Source of the DNA: Candidatus Krumholzibacteriota bacterium | GTDB lineage: Bacteria; Krumholzibacteriota; Krumholzibacteriia; Krumholzibacteriales; Krumholzibacteriaceae | Length of the DNA stretch: 64,000 nucleotides | Reading direction: 5' to 3' | Assembly (NCBI GenBank): GCA_016933255.1 | Contig: JAFGBF010000002.1 | Coordinates: forward strand, 4,772-68,771 | In this document: positions 60,827 through 64,000 of the stretch, piece by piece | How the letters are laid out: every line of letters begins with the position of its first letter | Position numbering within the stretch: position 1 is the first letter of the stretch | Position numbers and translations under genes: made by a program | Notes under the pieces: generated by a model | The model's database searches: none | Told to the model about the DNA's origin: nothing | The model's input: only the letters and a program-made list of their open reading frames with translations

Positions 60827-61900
60827 TCATCGGTCTTTATTCTTTTTTTTCAGTTCCCTTGCGAATTTCTTGATTTCTTTCCATTTCTCTTTTTCAACGG
60901 CGCTCGCCTTCATACTTTGCCGTTTCGCCAGATAGCCGTATTCTCTTTTTAATTTCAAATAACTCTCAAAGCGTTCTGGAGAAAGGATATTATTATTTAT
61001 GGCTTTTTGAACCGCACACCCCGGTTCATCGCCGTGACTGCAGTCTCTGAACCGGCAGTCAAGTGCCAATTCTTCTATGTCGTCAAAGACATGCTTCAGC
61101 CCTTCCTCATCACCCCAGACCTGCAGTTCACGCATCCCGGGAGTATCGATGACCATGCCGCCATTCGGCAGGATAATTAATTCGCGAAAAGTGGTGGTAT
61201 GCCGGCCCTTGCTATTTGAATCACTCACTTCCCTGACCTCCAGACGATCAGTCCCGAGAAGTGTATTTATAATGGTAGATTTTCCTACTCCCGAAGAACC
61301 TAAAAATGCGACTGTCCTTCCCGCACTGATATATCTGCCCAGTATTTCCATCCCGAGATTCTGAGAGGCGCTGATGGCATGCACATCGACCTCCAGCGCT
61401 ATTGATTCCACTTCATTTTTCCGGTCTTCGGCATCAGGACACAGGTCGGACTTGTTCAGCAGGATGACCGGGACAGCTCCGCTTTCCCAGGCGACAGATA
61501 AATATCTTTCAATTCGGCGCAGATTAAAGTTCAGATCCAGGCCGGTGACGATAAAGACATAGTCAAGATTGGCGGCGATAACCTGTTCATCTGTCACCTC
61601 TCCCGCGACTTTTCGACTGAATGCGTTCTTTCTGGGAACAAGTCCGTGTATAGTCGCTTTATTTTCGTTCGAGCGCTCAGAGACGGCGACCCAGTCACCG
61701 ACGGAGGGAAACCCGCCTTTGCTGGCGGTCTCAAACCTGAACTTGCCTGATATTTCGCAGGCATATTCCCCCTGCTCGCCATAAGCGATATATTTCCCCC
61801 TGTTCTCCCTGCTTATCCGCATCGCAGAAAAGCCCATATCCTGAAAAGGTTTGAATTCCTCTTCGAAATATCGATCCCATCCCAGATCAGACAATTTCAT
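60827..61900 (-). CDS. rsgA: Ribosome small subunit-dependent GTPase A
   Basis: NKSD, GSSGVGKS, GRHTT, DTPG, CRFRDCSH..EPGC. Confidence 0.95.
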   Translation of the reverse strand: MKLSDLGWDRYFEEEFKPFQDMGFSAMRISRENRGKYIAYGEQGEYACEISGKFRFETASKGGFPSVGDWVAVSERSNENKATIHGLVPRKNAFSRKVAGEVTDEQVIAANLDYVFIVTGLDLNFNLRRIERYLSVAWESGAVPVILLNKSDLCPDAEDRKNEVESIALEVDVHAISASQNLGMEILGRYISAGRTVAFLGSSGVGKSTIINTLLGTDRLEVREVSDSNSKGRHTTTFRELIILPNGGMVIDTPGMRELQVWGDEEGLKHVFDDIEELALDCRFRDCSHGDEPGCAVQKAINNNILSPERFESYLKLKREYGYLAKRQSMKASAVEKEKWKEIKKFARELKKKNKDR

Positions 61901-62628
61901 CCAGATCCTCCATCAAAATTGCGGCTTTGTAACGGTTTGATAATATAATATCTCGTCGTAACGACGTTTCTGGTCTTGAAAGAAACGCCGCGCGATTTCA
62001 GGTCTTCATCTATACGCCTATAGTCAAACCCGAAATGAGTGCCCCACCCGGATCTTTGATCCCGAAACCTGCTCATATCCCTGTATGTCATCAGCGACGA
62101 CAGATACTTATTGTAGAGCCGGCCGTCCCTTTGCGGCAATTCATCGAGTTTATACTTATAAATCAGGGTCTTTGCAAGAAATTTGAAGATTCCGACCGGC
62201 CCTATTTCAATCGGCAGCGTAATCAGCAAAGTGCCTCCGCTTTTTGTCGCGTTCAGCAGATTATAGATTGCAGCGTGCGCATCGCCGACATGTTCCAGCG
62301 TCTCGAAGCAGGTCACAAAATCAAACCGCCCAATATCGGATGGCTTATTCAAGTCGAGCAGTTCAAATCGATACGACGGATAGTTTGATCTGGCTATTTC
62401 CAGATGTTCCGGATAGTGATCGAATCCGGATACTTCGGTAGGGCTGATAAGATCGGCGACGATCTTCGTTAAATAACCCGTACCGCACCCGATATCGGCA
62501 TATTTAAGATCCTCGATCTCTTTGAGTGACTCTTTATCGATTACAGACTGAATCTCTTTAAGCCGCTGTCTGTGGGGCCAGTTCTTGATCGATCGGTCTT
62601 TATAGGTAAGCGAATGATCTTTTTTCAT
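61897..62628 (-). CDS. Class I SAM-dependent methyltransferase
   Basis: DIGCGTG, FD.V.CFETLEH, GG.L. Confidence 0.88.
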   Translation of the reverse strand: MKKDHSLTYKDRSIKNWPHRQRLKEIQSVIDKESLKEIEDLKYADIGCGTGYLTKIVADLISPTEVSGFDHYPEHLEIARSNYPSYRFELLDLNKPSDIGRFDFVTCFETLEHVGDAHAAIYNLLNATKSGGTLLITLPIEIGPVGIFKFLAKTLIYKYKLDELPQRDGRLYNKYLSSLMTYRDMSRFRDQRSGWGTHFGFDYRRIDEDLKSRGVSFKTRNVVTTRYYIIKPLQSRNFDGGSG

Positions 62629-62706
62629 CTCACTCCTTCGAATCTATTGCCGATGCATATACCAGTTATGATAAGGTTGCAACTTCACATCGAGCCGCGC
62701 ACGCTG

Positions 62707-63477
62707 TTATGCGTCAGCCTGCCTCCGCGCTTTTTTAAGTCTTACGATAATATTACTGCGTGAATCATTCATCAGTTTTAAACTGAGAAACTTCATCACC
62801 AGCAGCTCGAATATCACTAATGGGCCCAGCATCACAGAATCAGCAGGCCCCTGCAGCAGATCCATCCCGGCAAGTTCAAACCCTGCGAGCGGTGCATTCG
62901 TCCTTATCGTGTAGGGTCTGTTCAGGCGGTAACAAGTCGGATAGACATCCGCTTCATCGCGATTTTGAAGATATTTGATCGCCTTTTTTTTCAAGAACCC
63001 CGGACACGATCTTGCGATCAGTATCTTATAATTCTTAATGTTCGGAGTGTGAAAAATAAATAACCCATCTTCGGCCAATACCCTGTTTATCTCAGAAAGA
63101 AGAATATGAGGTTCGGGCAGATGCTCAACAACCATATTGGCGGTAATTAGATCAAATGAACGGTCGTTGAACGGAAGTTTCTCAATAGATCCCACGATCC
63201 TGTGCTGAATTATCCTGTTCGCCCTCAAAGCCCCGGGATCCCCATCTATTCCGACAACAAGCTTTGCGCGTTGAACCAGATCATGCTGCGAATATTCTGA
63301 ATCCGGAAGTGAATTCGAAAAGATCCTGTGCCCGCATCCAAGGTCAAGCCAACGCGTTTCTCCGTCAATACAGGCCCTTAATCTATCACGATATACGATT
63401 TGCGGATTCACCATTCCGGGAATTAGCATTCCTTCGATCCTCGAATAGCACTTCCACAATCTATTCCGCATTGTCAT
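62707..63477 (-). CDS. Class I SAM-dependent methyltransferase (Methyltransf_11)
   Basis: LDLGCG, LPF...SFD, VVEH, RVL..G...TPN. Confidence 0.9.
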   Translation of the reverse strand: MTMRNRLWKCYSRIEGMLIPGMVNPQIVYRDRLRACIDGETRWLDLGCGHRIFSNSLPDSEYSQHDLVQRAKLVVGIDGDPGALRANRIIQHRIVGSIEKLPFNDRSFDLITANMVVEHLPEPHILLSEINRVLAEDGLFIFHTPNIKNYKILIARSCPGFLKKKAIKYLQNRDEADVYPTCYRLNRPYTIRTNAPLAGFELAGMDLLQGPADSVMLGPLVIFELLVMKFLSLKLMNDSRSNIIVRLKKARRQADA

Positions 63478-63571
63478 CCCCCGTCAGTCAGCGCACTCAA
63501 AGCTCTCAAAGAACAGCATCAACTCTACCGCACCCTCCTTCGAGAGATCGATCTTCCACTTGTCGCAAAAA

Positions 63572-63700
63572 TCACGAAATATCTTCAGGCAGTTCTTTCT
63601 CGTCCTTTTTTGAAAAATGCCTGAAGAGCAGCTCTGTCATGATGAATGAGATCGCAAAGACCACAGCGGGAATGACTATTCCGAATACTAACCCCTTCAT
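63572..63700 (-). CDS. Small single-TM membrane protein (42 aa)
   Basis: GGAGG RBS; MKGLVFGIVIPAVVFAISFIMTELLFRHFSKKDEKELPEDIS. Confidence 0.6.
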   Translation of the reverse strand: MKGLVFGIVIPAVVFAISFIMTELLFRHFSKKDEKELPEDIS

Positions 63701-63819
63701 CAGTTGTCCTCCCTGCCGCCATGATGTTTTCTCCACGAATACCAGGCGAGGATCAGACCCGCAAATGATGTCACGTATGCGAGCGACATTCCCAGCACCA
63801 TCTTCAGTCCGTTATCCAT
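63700..63819 (-). CDS. Small single-TM membrane protein (39 aa)
   Basis: AAAGGA RBS; MDNGLKMVLGMSLAYVTSFAGLILAWYSWRKHHGGREDN; TGATG overlap with the next ORF. Confidence 0.6.
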   Translation of the reverse strand: MDNGLKMVLGMSLAYVTSFAGLILAWYSWRKHHGGREDN

Positions 63820-63954
63820 TATTTTATCCTTTCTCAGATATTATATTTCCGGCCACGTAATATTTTGAAAAGACCGGCCGGCTATCCGGCGGCGATATCT
63901 TCCGAAAAGGCCGGCGCGCCTTGCGGCTGCGGAACCTGTTCCCAGACCCCGTAT

Positions 63955-64000
63955 TCATTCCTCCCACTTCACCTTTTTTTCAAGCTCTTCGATATAATGT
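63955..64000 (-). CDS. Probable 3' end of a gene entering from beyond the window
   Basis: Open frame HYIEELEKKVKWEE* at the window edge; too short to identify. Confidence 0.35.
   Translation of the reverse strand, partial: HYIEELEKKVKWEE

Overview
Bacterial chromosomal window of moderately high GC from a diderm organism. T9SS/FlgD-type C-terminal domains and a 'SWGKIK' C-terminal tail suggest an FCB-related candidate lineage such as Krumholzibacteria/Latescibacteria; this placement is inference. Housekeeping genes include ssb, smpB-amidase-GerMN-murI-rph-rdgB, rsgA, nifU and a transketolase-like gene. There are four tRNAs (His-GUG, Arg-UCU, Pro-UGG, Leu-CAG). A complete phosphate regulon (phoB-phoR-porin-pstSCAB-phoU) carries three arrays of 11-bp-periodic Pho-box-like repeats. 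Other loci are a cobalamin riboswitch ahead of a btuB-like transporter and a BtuG-like beta-propeller with a T9SS-like tail, a cluster of exported proteins of unknown function, a higBA toxin-antitoxin module, surface-glycan genes (GT4s, radical SAM, HemK-like) and a 2-hydroxyacyl-CoA dehydratase activase pair. No CRISPR array, integrase, transposase or prophage was seen. The best leads are the exported-protein/B12 cluster with three kinds of export tags (9.3-18.9 kb), a beta-barrel-fused SppA, an ankyrin-MBL fusion, the Pho boxes and two unannotated coupled small membrane peptides. All calls come from motif recognition; no database searches were run.
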